The notes below the pieces were generated by a model. The model had not been told where the DNA came from. It was given only the letters and a program-made list of their open reading frames with translations, and searched no databases. 64,000 bases of DNA from Mustelus asterias (lineage: Eukaryota), in the NCBI RefSeq assembly GCF_964213995.1, contig NW_027590175.1, forward strand, positions 186,001 through 250,000, written 5' to 3'. This document shows, piece by piece, positions 35,880-49,534 of this stretch. A program made the position numbers and the translations under genes. Each line of letters begins with the position of its first letter. Position 1 is the first letter of the stretch.

Positions 35880-38800
35880 ACTTTGCCTGAATGCACTAAG
35901 CATTCGGAACAAGGTAAATGAGTTGATGGTGCAAATCAGCACAAGTGGGTACGATCTAGTGGCCATTACAGAAACAAAGAACAAACAAAGAACAAAGAAC
36001 AATACAGCACAGGAACAGGCCCTTCTGCCCTCCAAGCCCGCGCCGCTCCCCGGTCCAGGATTGAATCCTGAATCCAGGATCCCCGCCCAATTTTCCAGCC
36101 TATCTACATACCAATATCCTATCCACCGAGCTGTCCCTCACAGCTACGATGCTTTGTTCATTACAACCTATTAACTTACCCCCACCCCCCCATTCCAGAC
36201 CATGTGATCTGGCTGAAACGTGGCTGAAAGGTGACCAGGACTGGGAGATGAATATCCAGGGGTAGCAGGCGTTTAGGAAGAATAGACAGGAAGGAAAAGG
36301 TGGTGGGGTCGCGCTATTAATAAGAGATAATATCAGGGTAGTACTGAGGGATGACATAGGCTCTGAGGAACAAAACGTGGAATCATTATGGGGAGAGATG
36401 AGGAATAGTAGAGGGAGAAAGACACTAGTAGGTGTGGTATATAGGCCCCCGAATAATAATGTTGAGGTAGGGAGGGCTATAAACAAGCAGATAAGGGATG
36501 CGTGTAAAAACGGAACGGCAATAATCATGGGGGACTTCAACATGCACATTGACTGGCAGACTCAAGTCGGTAAGGGTGGAATGGAGGAAGAGTTCTTAGA
36601 ATGCTGTCGGGATAGTTTCCTTGAACAGCATGTTACGGAACCGACGAGGGAACGAGCTATTTTGGATCTGGTATTGTGTAACGAGGTAGGTAGAATTAAG
36701 GATCTTATTGTGAAGGACCCTCTTGGGTCTAGTGACCACAATATGGTCGAATTTCTGATTCAGATGGAAGAGGAGAAAGTTTGGTCCCAAACCAGTGTCC
36801 TCTGTTTGAACAGAGGGAAATATGATAGGATGAGGGATGAATTGGCTAAGGTAGACTGGGAGAGCAGGCTGGCAGGTAGGATAGCTGAGGAACAGTGGAG
36901 GATTTTTAAGGAGATCCTTTTCAGTTCTCAGCAAAAATATATTCCAGCAAAAAACAAGGATTGTAAGAAAAGGGAGAACCAGCCGTGGATAACGAAGGAA
37001 ATAAAGGAGAGTATTAAAATAAAAACAGCTGCGTACAGAGTGGCCAAAAATAGTGGAGAAACAAGTGATTGGGAAAAATTTAAGAAACAACAAAGAGAGA
37101 CTAAGAAAGCGATAAAGAAAAGAAGGATAGACTATGAAGCTAGGCTAGCAATTAATATAAAAAATGATAGTAAAAGTTTTTATAAATATATAAAAAGGAA
37201 TAGAGTGGCTAGAGTGAATGTTGGACCCTTGGAGGACGAGAGGGGGGAGTTAATAGTGGGAAATGAGGATATGGCTGAGTCTTTAAATAAGTTTTTTGTG
37301 TCGGTCTTCACAGTGGAGGACACAAATAGTTTGCCAAATATTAACGATAGAGGGTTGGCAGCAGGAGAAATACTTAATACAATTAATGTTACCAGAGAGG
37401 CAGTGCTGGGTAGACTAATGGGACTGAAGGTGGACAAGTCCCCGGGTCCGGATGGAATGCATCCCAGGGTATTGAAAGAAATGTCAGAAGTAATAGTGGA
37501 TGCGTTAGTGATTGTTTATCAAAACTCGTTGCATTCTGGGGTAGTGCCGGTTGATTGGAAAACGGCTAATGTTACGCCGCTGTTTAAAAAAAGGAAGGAG
37601 ACAAAAGGGGGGTAACCATAGGCCGGTCAGCTTAACGTCTGTAGTAGGGAAAATGCTGGAATCCATTATTAAAGAGGAAATTGCAGGGCATCTGGATAGA
37701 AATGGTTCAATCAATCAGACGCAGCATGGATTCATGAGGGGAAAGTCGTGCTTGACGAACATGTTGGATTTTTATGAAGATGTGACTAGGGCGGTTGATG
37801 GAGGAGAACCGGTGGATGCGGTGTTTTTGGATTTCCAAAAGGCGTTTGATAAGGTGCCCCATAAAAGGCTGCTGAAGAAGATTAGGGCACACGGAGTTGG
37901 GGGTAGTGTGTTAAAGTTGATTGGGGACTGGCTATCCGACAGGAAGCAAAGAGTCGGAATAAATGGGTGTTTTTCCGGTTGGAGGAAGGTAACTAGTGGC
38001 GTGCCGCAGGGATCGGTACTCGGGCCGCAACTATTTACCATTTATATAGATGATCTGGAGGAGGGGACGGAGTGTAGGGTAACGAAGTTTGCAGACGACA
38101 CAAAGATAAGTGGAAAAGTGAATCGTGTGGAGGACGGAGAAGATTTGCAGAGAGATTTGGACAGGCTGAGTGAGTGGGCGAGGATATGGCAAATAGAGTA
38201 TAACGTTGATAAATGCGAGGTTATACACTTTGGAGGAAATAATAACAAATGGGATTACTATCTCAATGGAAACAAATTAAAACATGCTACCGTGCAAAGG
38301 GACCTGGGGGTCCTTGTGCATGAGACGCAAAAGCCCAGTCTGCAGGTACAACAGGTGATCAAGAAGGCAAATGGGATGTTGGCCTATATTGCGAAGGGGA
38401 TAGAATATAAAAGCAGGGATGTCTTGATGCACCTGTACAGGGCATTGGTGAGGCCGCAGCTGGAATACTGTGTGCAGTATTGGTCCCCTTATATGAGGAA
38501 GGATATATTGGCATTGGAGGGAGTGCAGAGAAGGTTCACCAGGTTGATACCGGAGATGAGGGGTTTGGATTATGAGGAGAGGCTGAGGAGATTGGGTTTG
38601 TACTCGTTGGAGTTTGGAAGGATGAGGGGGGATCTTATGGAGACTTATAAGATAATGCGGGGGCTGGATAGGGTGGAGGCGGAGAGATTCTTTCCACTTA
38701 GTAAGGAAGATAAAACTAGAGGACACAGCCTCAAAATAAAGGGGGGTCGGTTTAAGACAGAGTTGAGGAGGAACGTCTTCTCCCAGAGGGTGGTGAATCT

Positions 38801-38909
38801 CTGGAATTCTCTGCCCACTGAGGTGGTGGAGGCTACCTCGCTGAATATGTTTAAAGCGCGGATGGATGGATTCCTGATCGGTAAGGGAATTAAGGGTTCT
38901 GGGGATTAG
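35880..38909 (+). pseudogene. CR1 ORF2 (APE endonuclease + RT), disrupted
   Basis: CLNA, ITET, GGGV, MGDFN, SDH, FADD motifs; insert at 35974-36210, TAG at 36263, frameshift near 37590. Confidence 0.9.
35974..36210 (-). mobile_element. short CR1-tailed insert in ORF2
   Basis: (TTCTTTG)n tail and 3' end like the 22957 family; GAAAC on both sides. Confidence 0.7.
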
Positions 38910-39691
38910 GCGGGTAAGTGGTACTGATCCACGTCAGATCAGCCATGATCTTATTGAATGGCGGGGCAGGCTCGAGGGGCTAGATGGCCTACTCCTGCTC
39001 CTATTTCTTATGTTCTTATGTTCTTATGAAAGGCTGAGTAAATTGGGTGTTTATTCTCTGGAGTCAGACGAAAGAAAGGAGATTGTTTCCGCTGGTCAGA
39101 GAATCTAAAGGACGGGGACACAGTCTCAGGATGTGGCGCTGATCATTTAGGACTGTGTAAGATGCTATATCAGAGATTTGGTTCAGAATTGGTGGGCCGC
39201 ATGTCCTGATTCTGCATTGCAGGGACACAATGATAGCAATAGATTTAGCAATGTCGAATTCAAATAAAATTAGACAAATTATATCAGTCCTGCACATATT
39301 ATCAAAACTATTGTCATTCTCAGTAACTGATAGAAATTGATGCTCTGATTGTAGATATAGAACTGTAACGCACCATCACACCGAGCAAATCCACTGCCCG
39401 TTTAAATGTTGATCAGTGAAATTTTAATCAGCTTCCGCTATGAAACATGCGGGAACTGACTCAATAAAGTCTCCATTCACGAAAGAAGTGTTATTTCCTC
39501 TTACAACTTCAAAGCTTTTGTTATTTTTTGTACCATTTAGCGTGAAGATTTATACAGTAAGTGAACAGAGATTTGATGCTAAAAATACGTCCACATGTTC
39601 CCTCCGGGTACATAGCCACAGTGACGCACACAGAGGAGCAAACGTAAACATAGACGGTGAGCGTGACAGACGCTTAAGGACGACAAAGGCA

Positions 39692-39764
39692 GAGGCTTGA
39701 CGCTCAGTTGTTGAACATTTGACTGCATATCAAAAGGTTCCTTGTTCAATTCGGGATGTCCTCT
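39692..39764 (+). pseudogene. tRNA-Cys pseudogene
   Basis: TTTGACTGCATATCAAA arm; paralogue of 5847. Confidence 0.7.
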
Positions 39765-40164
39765 TCAGTATTTAACTGGATTTTTTTGTATTTCTGACAG
39801 TCCTTCAGTGGTTGGAAAGTTCTTTATGACGTCCGCTGGTCGGAAGAGGCTCTATATAAATGCAAGTATTTAATGATCTTCAATCCCAGTCCTCTGTTTA
39901 CTGACTCAAGTCAATGGAAATAGTTTGTCCATATTCTGCTCTATCAAACGGCCCTTTTTCCATTTTTGGCAGAAGGATTTAACCACTGCATCAAAACAAC
40001 ACTGTGGAGGTAAAGTAGTCGAAGGAACTTGTTTAGATTTGTAAACTATATCATCATGTGGTCTTCCTGTATCAGGTTTGGTGCAAATCGAACTGGCGTC
40101 AAATTTGCAGAGAAAAAGCTTCCAGCCTGATTAAGAATGTCGTGCGTTGCTACAGCCGTGTCAT

Positions 40165-40238
40165 CCTCTCTGGCGCGATCGGTCAGCGAACATGGTTATT
40201 AACCGAAAGATTGGTGATTCGAGACCGTCCGGAGATGG
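40165..40238 (+). pseudogene. tRNA-Asn pseudogene
   Basis: Paralogue of 6307. Confidence 0.65.
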
Positions 40239-40629
40239 CACTGCCGCTGTGTTTCATTTTCCCCCACCAGCTTTTATTGTTACATAGTTTTAGTTTTTCT
40301 TTTTCATTTCGTCCATGGGCGTCAATGAAAGTATTTCTCATGTGCTTCCAGCTCTGCTGTTAACCGGTGTTATCGACATTACTAATTCAGTGAATATTCA
40401 TCCCAAACACATTTGTAGTAATTTATATATTTCAAATACTATTAAACTTAATAACTGAACGCGAAACTTTAACTCATGGTTAATCCTGGGTTTCAATTTA
40501 ATTTTCCCACCCACTCCACTTCATTCCCGGTTCAATAAGAAATCTGTCCATCCCAGCCTCAAGTGTGTTCAGTGAAAGAGCTACTCTCATTCCAAATTTC
40601 TTGCTCGTGGTTCTGGAGAATAGAAGAAT

Positions 40630-40862
40630 GGTTAGTGATTAGCGCCACTGTCACACAGCTCGCTGGACCCTGTTCGATTCCCGGCTTGAATCACTGGTTG
40701 TGCGGGTTTTCCCCATGTCTGTGTGGGTTTCTTCCGAGTGCTGCGGTTTCCTCCCACGTTCTGAAAGACGTGCTAATTAGGTGCATTGACATGAACTGTG
40801 ACGACTCGGGTAGCTTCACTGCAGTGCTAATATAAGCTGGATTTGTGACGAACAAATAAATT
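40630..40862 (+). mobile_element. HE1/V-SINE-like SINE
   Basis: Shared SINE body. Confidence 0.7.
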
Positions 40863-41425
40863 AAAGAATGAGAGGGGATGTCACTGAAACTTACACAATT
40901 TTGACAAGGCTTTATAGACTCGACAGTTGGGTGTGGTTTGCGATGGCTGCGAGGGGGACGGCTCTGGAACAAGTGTTCATAATTGCAGGATACAGGGGAG
41001 CCAGTTCGATCTGCGACACGGAGAAATATCCTTACTCTGAGGGTGGTGAACCTGTGGAATCCTCTGCCACACGAGTGTCTGGATGAATTGTTTATGTATC
41101 GATCCTCCAATGAGGTTTCAAAAGTGAGAAACTTATGAATGTTGATGCCGATTTGGTTGCGTTTGTACAAGAAATGCAGTTTTATTCCATTTCTGACGAG
41201 AAGTTTGTAAGTAGCTCAGATTTCATGCAGCAAAATGAATGGTATTCATTTTGACAGGAGGAACCAGCAGAGGCAATAAGTTGCTGGGGATAATTGACAA
41301 GATTGTGAAAATTAGCGATTTTGTTTCTCACCGCAGTTCAAACTGGGTCAACTATTATTCCTGTTTTCAATCAGGAAATAATTCCAGCTCCTCTTCATTC
41401 ATGTGCTACGCGCATTCAATAAATT

Positions 41426-41497
41426 TTCATTGACCGGGAATCGAATGCGGGTCGTGGCAGTGGGAGCGCCGAATCCTAATCATTAGACCATCAGGGA
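41426..41497 (-). pseudogene. tRNA-Glu-body pseudogene (anticodon drifted to CCC)
   Basis: Reverse complement TCCCTGATGGTCTAATGATTAGGATTCGGCGCTCCCAC...; T-stem broken. Confidence 0.75.
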
Positions 41498-43023
41498 AGA
41501 TAACGACGCAACGTTTAGCCTGACTTTTCCACTTCAGAATTTTTTTAAATGCACAAGAAATATTTGTTGGACAAAAATCACATCCAGAAAGAACACGTGT
41601 GACTCCTTCAGCCAATGAAACACTAATTGTTGCTGTCTGGAACAAGGAATCAACAGTGAGGTCTCACAGGCTGTTCATGTGTATCTTGCAATTTCCAAAA
41701 CCGACCCATCTCATCATGCTGATCCTGTGAAACGGATGAGGTAACACACAGCAGATGTTCATCGCTGCAAACTATCTGCTTTCCACCTCAGCATTGTGCA
41801 GGTTTAAAAGCACCGTTAAAGTTTAAGACTATCGTCATTCCACTGATCATTACCGACTTTCTGTGTATTTTATATTGTGATAAAACCTGTATTTATAATA
41901 TAAACAGCTGATGGTAGACATTCTCTGCTGATTTGGCAGCATCTGTGGACACATAAAAATCTAAATATCTCCATGCGTTAGCTGTTTCTGAATTATAGCG
42001 ATTGTTGCGTTTGCAAAGCGGCAAAATATTTTCAAAACAACTGACTCATTTCAAATTTGTTTTGTTAAATATTAAGGCATTACATTGTCTCACAGCCATA
42101 GGACATTTACACTTCGCCATGTCCTGAATAATATTGTACAACTGCAGTCAGAGAGAAAGGAAAACAATTGGGACAAATATTATTTTCTGAATCTTACGTT
42201 AGATCAATGAATATGCCACATTGCTAAGGTTTCCAGCCGAATTGGAATAGGAGAAAACAAGGTTCTAAATTGCAATCAGACTGCACGGTTTGATATTCTC
42301 GGCCGGTCACATTGGTCATGAGCAGAGTTTCTATAGTGTAGGGGTTATCATCTTCATATCATACAGGATAGGCTCCCCGATTCGAAACGGGGTTGAACAT
42401 GATCGAAATTTACTGCTGGAAAGTTGCCCGATTGTAGTTCGTTGTTGGATGTGAACTGAATATGGATCAACCAAAATATTAATTTGTTCTTCATCAATTA
42501 TTGGAAAAAATGCTGTCCGTGTGCAGCTGATGTCGGTTTGATGGATTATCCATGGGAAATGTGTGGGCTTAAGTGGGTTAAGGTGGCGACAACAGTCTCG
42601 GTCAGGCACCCTGGGCTTACATTCTCTGGATCATGTGTCAGCCATTTATGACTAAGGTATGGAGATATTTCTTCTCTCAAAGGCTTGTGAATATTTAGAA
42701 TTCTGCAGCCGGCCAGAGGTGTGTGGATCCTCAGTCGATGAGGACACTGGAGGGTTGAGTTGGAGTGGTTTCTGAAATCTAAGGGAATGAAGGGCTATTG
42801 GGATAAGCTGGGAAATTGGGGTTGAGGTGGCGGATCTGCCTTGAATCAATCGTGGAGGAGGCTCAATGGGACATGTGACCCAGTTCTACTTCATTGATTA
42901 TGTTCACTATCAATACCAGATCCGGTACCAATGACGTCTGCTGACAGCATTGAAGTCTTGATTAAGGCGTATGGTCGAAACCAATCACTGCTGAATTTTC
43001 AAATAATTAACTTCATGGAGTAC

Positions 43024-43198
43024 CTTTGATTTGATTTTTTATTGTCACATGCATTAGCATACAGTGAAAAGTATTTTTCTTGCGCGCTACACAGACAAAG
43101 CATATCGTTCATCGGGAAGGAAACGAAATATTGCAGAATGTACTGTTACAGTCACAGCTAGGGTGTAGAGAAAGATCAACTTAATCCAAGGTAGGTCG
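43024..43198 (-). mobile_element. Rex1/Babar 3' tail
   Basis: Reverse complement of 48535-48690. Confidence 0.7.
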
Positions 43199-43331
43199 TG
43201 CATGTTAACACGTGAATTCCATGCAGTAGAATGTGTCGTTAAACATGTCAACAGCAGGTACCAGTAGACACAATGCAAATATAAATTGCTGTGGGCAATT
43301 GACGTGTTTGTGGAGCCAGTTTCCTTACATC

Positions 43332-43410
43332 GTTTCACCGCAGCGTTTCTGATAATTATCACGTTCGCCGTACACACGCAAGTTTCCTGGTTCAATCCTG
43401 GGCAGAAATG
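43332..43410 (+). pseudogene. tRNA-Val pseudogene
   Basis: TTATCACGTTCGCC...CCTGGTTCAATCCTGGGCAGAAA. Confidence 0.6.
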
Positions 43411-43419
43411 TATTAAACA

Positions 43420-43615
43420 GGAACAGAAAATGTTGGAAAATCTCAGCAGAACTGACGGCATCTGTGGGGAAACCAGCGTTTCAAATCTGGATGACACTTC
43501 ATCAGATTTCCTGATTCGACACACTGGCTCTGTTCTCACTTCACAGATGCTGCCAGACCTGCTGAGATTTTCCAGTATTCTTTTTGTGTGTTTCAGGTTC
43601 CAGCCTCAGCAGTAT
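43420..43615. mobile_element. family B palindrome (degenerate)
   Basis: Inverted GGAAAATCTCAGCAG / CTGCTGAGATTTTCC arms. Confidence 0.6.
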
Positions 43616-44388
43616 TTCATCTTTACAGAAACATTTCCAAATGTTTTCAATTTCAGAGTAACTCAGCTTTCAGAATTAATCACGCATTTGCCACGAATCA
43701 TTAACTGCCGAGTATTTTCAACATTTTCTGATGGTAACGCCATGAATCAGCTTGTGAAAAGAACAAAACGGATGTTCTGTGATATAAAGCAAGGGAGGAT
43801 GATTAAATGAAACAAGCAGTGATGGATAAGGCAAGATTTAGCTGGCGATGGTGGAGGCCGGGTGGTCAAGTCGTTCAGACTCAATCCATTCACCACCAAG
43901 GCCCAGAATTGATGATAAACTGTCAACTAAACAGAACATTTTACTGAGCGTGTAATCAGTTTCTGGAGGGGAAAGTATCTGAAAGCAAAGGAAGAGAATA
44001 TCATTTGCTGCAGAAGGTAGAATGACTGTGTGACTATGTCTGTAGCGACAGTGACCTGGAATGAGGGAATGGAGACAGTAATGATGATCAATGAGATACA
44101 AATCTCTGATGTTGTTCAGCAGATTTACCACAAGAAGCTACAGAAGACGCAGAGGTTACGAATGATCTGTCAATGTGGTGAGCAACAGTGAAATTTAGTG
44201 GGGTCGAATGCATTATTATTCATTTTGACAGGAGGAAGCAGCAAGGGGAATGTCATGAAAAGTTGCCGGGGACAATTGACGGGATTATTTTGTTTCTTCA
44301 GGTCGTTCAAACTGACACAATGATCACTCCTGTTATCGATCAGGAAGCAATTTCAGCCCCTCCGAAATCATGTGTAATAAAGCCTCTA

Positions 44389-44460
44389 TTCCCTGACGGG
44401 GAATCGAACCCGGGCCGCGGCGGTGAAAGCGCCAAATCCTAACCACGAGACCACCAGGGA
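44389..44460 (-). tRNA. tRNA-Glu(TTC), near intact (possibly non-functional)
   Basis: 72 nt; A14C and one T-stem mismatch. Confidence 0.75.
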
Positions 44461-44582
44461 AGATTCAAGCAAGCATTTTAATCTGACCGATACATTGCAG
44501 CGTTTTTCAAATACTCGCGAAAGGTTTGTCGGGGAAAAAAAACCTAATGTTTCGATCGAACACGAATGACTCCTTCAGCCAA

Positions 44583-44975
44583 CAGCAAATTACTGCAGAT
44601 TCTGGAACTTAAAAGACAAACTTAAAATGCTCGAAAATCTCAACAGGCATGACGGCCTCTCCGGAGAGAGAATAGAGCCAACATTTCAAATCTGTATGGT
44701 CAGTCATCAAAGCTGAAGACAGGAAAAGAGGACAAGGTTGATACTTTAAGTGTGGGAGATGCTGTGTGAGGGTGGGAGCCGTGGGTAAAAGTTGACAAAG
44801 TTGTGATGGGAAAAAAATCAAAGGGAATGTAAATGGTGGCGCGAAAAGCAAAATACTGCGGTTGCTGGAATCTGAAACAAAAACAGGCAATGCTGGAACA
44901 TCACAGCAGGTCTGGCAGCATCTATGGAGAGAGAACAGAGCCAACGTTTCGAGTCTGGATGACCCTTCGCCAGAG
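44583..44975 (-). mobile_element. family B Penelope-like tandem copies
   Basis: Two direct copies; reverse-complement core CTGGCGA-A-GGGTC-ATCCA-GACTC-GAAACGTT near 44940-44973. Confidence 0.6.
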
Positions 44976-45684
44976 GTCTGTAGATCCTCAGTTAATTAGA
45001 ATATTGAAGTTTCAGGGGAGATATTTTTGGAATCTAAGGGAATGAAGGGCCATCAGGATACGTTTGGAAATTGATGTTGATTCCTGGGATTCGTCATGAT
45101 CTCCTTAAATTGTGGAGGAGACTCCATGGGACATGTGAGCCAATCCTACTCCATTAATTCCGTTCCCTGCAGCACCAGATCTGATAGGAATCACCTCTGT
45201 TAAAAGGGTCGGTGAGTGTTCTGAGGCATTGAATTCGAGGCAGCAGCATTTGTGGGGGAAAGTGATCAAATGCCGCAAATGTCAGGTGTTCGGTTGATTT
45301 GTTTTACACGTCATGAATACTTTTTCTCGAACATGTTATTACGAAACGTTAATGCAGTAGGATGTATCATTACTCATTTTGACAGGAGAAACCAGCAGAG
45401 ACAATGTCATAGCAATTGCTGTGGGCAAAAGATGGGCTTCTGGAGCCAGTGTGGTTGTTTCTTCAGTAAACCGGATCTGCTTGCCCTGAGGTCATCACCG
45501 TGTTTCTGTAGTTCGGTGGTTATCACAAGAGCCAGGTTAATTCTGAAAATATCTGGTGAGAACGAGGAATGATGGGACGTGTACATGATAGGATTTGAAC
45601 TTCACTTCGAAAGTTCAAGTCCATCACTTTAATTCCTGGGCAGGGAATAAAGTCTCACTGTCTGTAATCCTGTTATTTATATCA

Positions 45685-45808
45685 TGATGCAAAGATGCCG
45701 GCGTTGGACTGGAGTGGGTACAGTAAGAATTCTCACAACACCAGGTTAAAGTCCAACAATCTTATTTGGAATTGCGAGCTTTCAGGAGCACTGCTCCTTC
45801 ATCAGGTT
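45685..45808 (-). mobile_element. family A Penelope end with hammerhead core
   Basis: Reverse complement CTGATGAAGGAGCAGTGCTCCTGAAAGCTCG. Confidence 0.7.
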
Positions 45809-45988
45809 GTTTGACTCCGCAATCAGAAATTCAGCCTGTGTGTGCTCTCGAAAGGAGCCACTTGAACACACGCTGCTTTACCCCAGCAACGTTTTAAGTT
45901 GGTAATGTCCCTGCTCGTTGTTCATGACGAAAACGACACCGCACGCACTCCTGCACTTAATCTGAGCCGTTAGACCAAAACTCAAATC

Positions 45989-46070
45989 TAGTTGTTGCAG
46001 GATTCGAATCCACGCCTCCACAGAGACTGGAGCCTTAATCCAGCGCCTTAGACCGCTCGGCCACGCTACC
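45989..46070 (-). pseudogene. tRNA-Leu(AAG) with decayed 3' end
   Basis: 5' 60 nt close to Leu-AAG; acceptor 3' strand does not pair. Confidence 0.8.
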
Positions 46071-48154
46071 ACGTTGAAATGCATCGCGATCATGTTATTT
46101 AATGATAATGTTACTGAAATTCATTAAAAGCAATGGAGTTTGGAAAGGCCATCAGGAAGCATGAGCTGCTCCTTCACTGATTCAGGTAAACCTGAACTGC
46201 GCAACAAACAGAAATCATCTCACGTCAGAAACACAATGAGCTGCAGTGAAGGGCCGGCATCATTTAAACTGTCCTTAAGATCGTCTCTTCCCAATTTCCA
46301 GCCAGAAATTACAAGGGAACCTCCTGTTGAATTTGCTCAGGGTCTGCACTTAAGGACACGAGGCGAGATTATGTTTTATATCTTCATCCAGGCAATAACC
46401 CACATTTGTTTTCAGAGTTTGGATGGGAGCAATAAATCTTCAATTCCAGACCAGTAATCTAAACAGCAGGGAAAGAGTCAAACTCTAACCACCAGACCAG
46501 CAGCTTGCAGCGTGTTTTAGAATTTAATTTATCCACGCTGCTTTTGTTACTTTAATTTTCACGCCACTTTCGCCACAAACAGCTTTCTCCTGCAAAATGG
46601 CGCCCTCTGTTTCAACGCCAGTGATGTGTTCAGCCAATGACAACATATAACAAACACTCCAGTGCAATTATCACTTTCGCTTCCGACGGTTCGAAACCGG
46701 ACAGAAATATTTCCAAATGCTTTTCAATGCAGAGTGCGGGAAAAAGTTTCATTATTCAGTGTCAATGTAAACGGTAAAATCTGACCAATTACCAGACAGA
46801 TTTTACCTTGCAACAACTTCTCAATCGTTCGTACTATGCACCCTATCACTGTCCTTCTCTTTCTGTGTTTGTTCTTGAACTGTTGCACAGGTGAAACTTC
46901 CAGCTCTGATATAAACTTGCAAACCTCACTCGGCTGATTCTAATAGATCTGTTTTTGATCAGAGAGTAAATCAGATCATTATTAATGGTTTGCTGAGAGC
47001 AAATAGTCCTCTTTTCCAAAGTGGGAATTGAAACCAGACATCACAAGGAGAGTGTTGAACATGAGCCACTGGACTACCATGGAAACCGGTGAACTGTGTT
47101 TTTCAAACTGACTTCACACATGTCCCTTTGCTCATTATTTTCCGCTCAGATCTTTTTCACTTGTGACACGTTTCCTCTTCAAAATGTCCTGTTTGGGTGG
47201 AACATAATTGCCTCCTTCAGCCAATGACAACACGGATTGAATTCGCTGGGTCATGGAATTGATAGTGAGGTGAAATGGTCCCACAAAATGCTAACGTTTA
47301 GAAGGATGAGGAGGGAATCTGATAGATGTATATAAAATTCTAAATGGATTGATAAAGAAAAGGTAGACCAAAAGTTTCTTCTTATGGGGCAATCAAGGAC
47401 AAGAGCTCACGTGTATAGTTTGAGAGCCCGTGGATTTAAAACTGAGATGGGGAGAAACTACTTCTCGTAAAGGGTGGTGAATTGATGGAACTCGCTGCTC
47501 CATAGCGCGTTGGAATCTGAATCGTTGAATGATTTCAAGAAGGGATAGAAATATTTCTGATGAAGAAAAACACATTAAAGGGATATGGAGAATAGGTGGG
47601 GAGGTGGATTTCAGATCAAGGAGAGGTCAACCATGATCTGATTGAATGGCAGAGCAGGATCACAGAGCTGAATTTGCCGACATCTGCTCCCAATTCCTAT
47701 GTTCCTATGTTTCTATGTATAGCGTTCAATTGTCAAGCCCACCAACCTCATCAGTACGGTTCTGTTGAAATATATGTACAGTACGCCCTCTGGTTCCCCT
47801 TCACCCACAACGCATGTGAGTCCTGCAAGTAAATTTGTAATCGTCTCATTCTGTGGTGTAATCATTCTGTCATTCTCTGTTTCCCTCACTTATTTTCCCC
47901 TGGCTTCCACCATATCAGATGTTGTTATGTTTCCTCCCTGCTGGATTTCACTTGTTTTAAAATTCCTACATTTCTAAACATTCCGAATGTTAACGAAAGG
48001 TCATGGAGGTGAAAGTTTATCTTTTGTTTCCCTATACACAGACGCTGTCTGACTTCCTGAGTTTTTCCAACATTATCACATTTCATTGCAAATTTCTGAT
48101 CCGCTGTTAGATGGCGATGAAAATATATTTAGTTGACATGCTTTTTTCAATGCT

Positions 48155-48244
48155 GGCTTTTTGGTCAATGGGTATGACTCTCGGTTTGGGTGTTAAAATC
48201 CGCAGGCTTGCGAGGGGTCCCTGGTTTAAATCCTGGACAAGCCC
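48155..48244 (+). pseudogene. intron-containing tRNA-Pro(TGG), degenerate
   Basis: 90 nt; intron TGTTAAAATCCGCAGGCT (18 nt). Confidence 0.8.
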
Positions 48245-48344
48245 TTGCTTTGTAATGGACAAGTCGTGGATTTTGTTAGTTTATTTCCCGTGACATGGCG
48301 GAATTGGTTCACATGGGACATGATTTGAGAACCTGAGAACACAC

Positions 48345-48690
48345 TGAAAGGCTTCCCATTGTCTCTGTCTACACTTCCCGCTGTCTCGGGAAAGCAGCCA
48401 GCGTAATTAAGGATCCCACGCACCCCGACATTCCCTCTTCCACCTTCTTCCATCCGGAAAAGATACAAAAAGTCTGAGGTCACGTGCCAACCGACTCAAG
48501 AACAGCTTCTTCCCTGCTGCTGTCAGACTTTTGAAAGGACTTACCTTGCATTAAGTTGATCTTTATCTACACCCTGGCTATGACTGTAACACTACATTCT
48601 GCACTCTCTCGTTTCCTGCTGCATGAATTGTATGTTTTCTCTGTATAGCGCGCAAGAAACAATACTTTTCACTGTATGTTAATACATTTG
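48345..48690 (+). mobile_element. Rex1/Babar LINE 3' end
   Basis: Encodes YTSRCLGKAASVIKDPTHP...LLPSGKRYK...NRLKNSFFPAAVRLL across frameshifts; (AAATC)n tail. Confidence 0.8.
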
Positions 48691-49416
48691 ACAATAAATC
48701 AAATCAAATTCTGTTCGCACAACACACTCACAGAGGATCCAGATATTTGCAAAAGGTGACAATGCTTGCAGACATTCATTTAATACTTATTCACCCATTC
48801 AGAGGACACCATGCTTGTGGGTTCCGAGAGTTGTTTTGTGTATATTGAGTTGTGGGTGATTGCTTCTCTCTCTGTCCCTGTCTGTGCCTTTTTGTCGCTG
48901 GAGACCTGTCTCTGACTCTTTCACTTTTCAGTCTCTCTGTCTGTGCATCGATCAGTGTTCCCTCTTATGCTCTTTGCACCCTCTATTCTCTCGCTGTCCA
49001 TGTTTAACCAACGTTCACTGGATTTAATCCTGTGATGAGGCGGTTGTGCGGGGAGGAGAGAGTCAGTTGGATGGTTTTGGGTTGAGAGGTGGTCAGATGG
49101 AAAAGACTGAAAATGGGGCGATGGTTTGACTCTGGGCATACTGAGACGCTGTTTGCCCACCGGGTTGGAGTATGTAGATCAAAAATATTAAGGCGAAAGA
49201 TGTAAGAGGAGTTTGCAATGTTTGGAAGGAGATACAGCGAAGAAGTGCAAGATGTGAATGCAGTTGTTGATCATTGAGAGGAATGCATTCGAACCTCAAA
49301 GATTCTGCCGGTTGATTAATCGTCAACTTTCTAATTGGAATAAGCTGAGATACCAGATGGAAAAGCCATATTTGTCTCCATGCATTTTATTATATGGAGT
49401 GCCAGTTCTGATATGT

Positions 49417-49460
49417 GTCCGTCTAGCTCAGGGTCGTGCATTCGAGTCCCACGTTGGGCT
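49417..49460 (+). pseudogene. tRNA-Lys pseudogene, internal deletion
   Basis: CTAGCTCAG joined directly to GGTCGTG. Confidence 0.7.
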
Positions 49461-49534
49461 CTGTTTTTACTGGGTTCAGTTCCAGCAGTGTCGCCGTTCA
49501 AACTGAACCTTTCTCCATCCCGCTTTGTTTTAAA

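Larger units (their letters stand above)
34232..39028 (+). mobile_element. full-length CR1 LINE inserted in an older CR1 fragment
   Basis: Duplicated 5' UTR unit, ORF1, APE-RT ORF2 and (TTCTTATG)n tail; the host CR1 continues on both sides (TCCTATGA...AAAGGCTGAG). Confidence 0.93.

Noticed and set aside
41426-41497. Glu-to-Gly anticodon-switched tRNA
   Set aside because: T-stem, D-loop and acceptor are also damaged, so this is drift in a pseudogene
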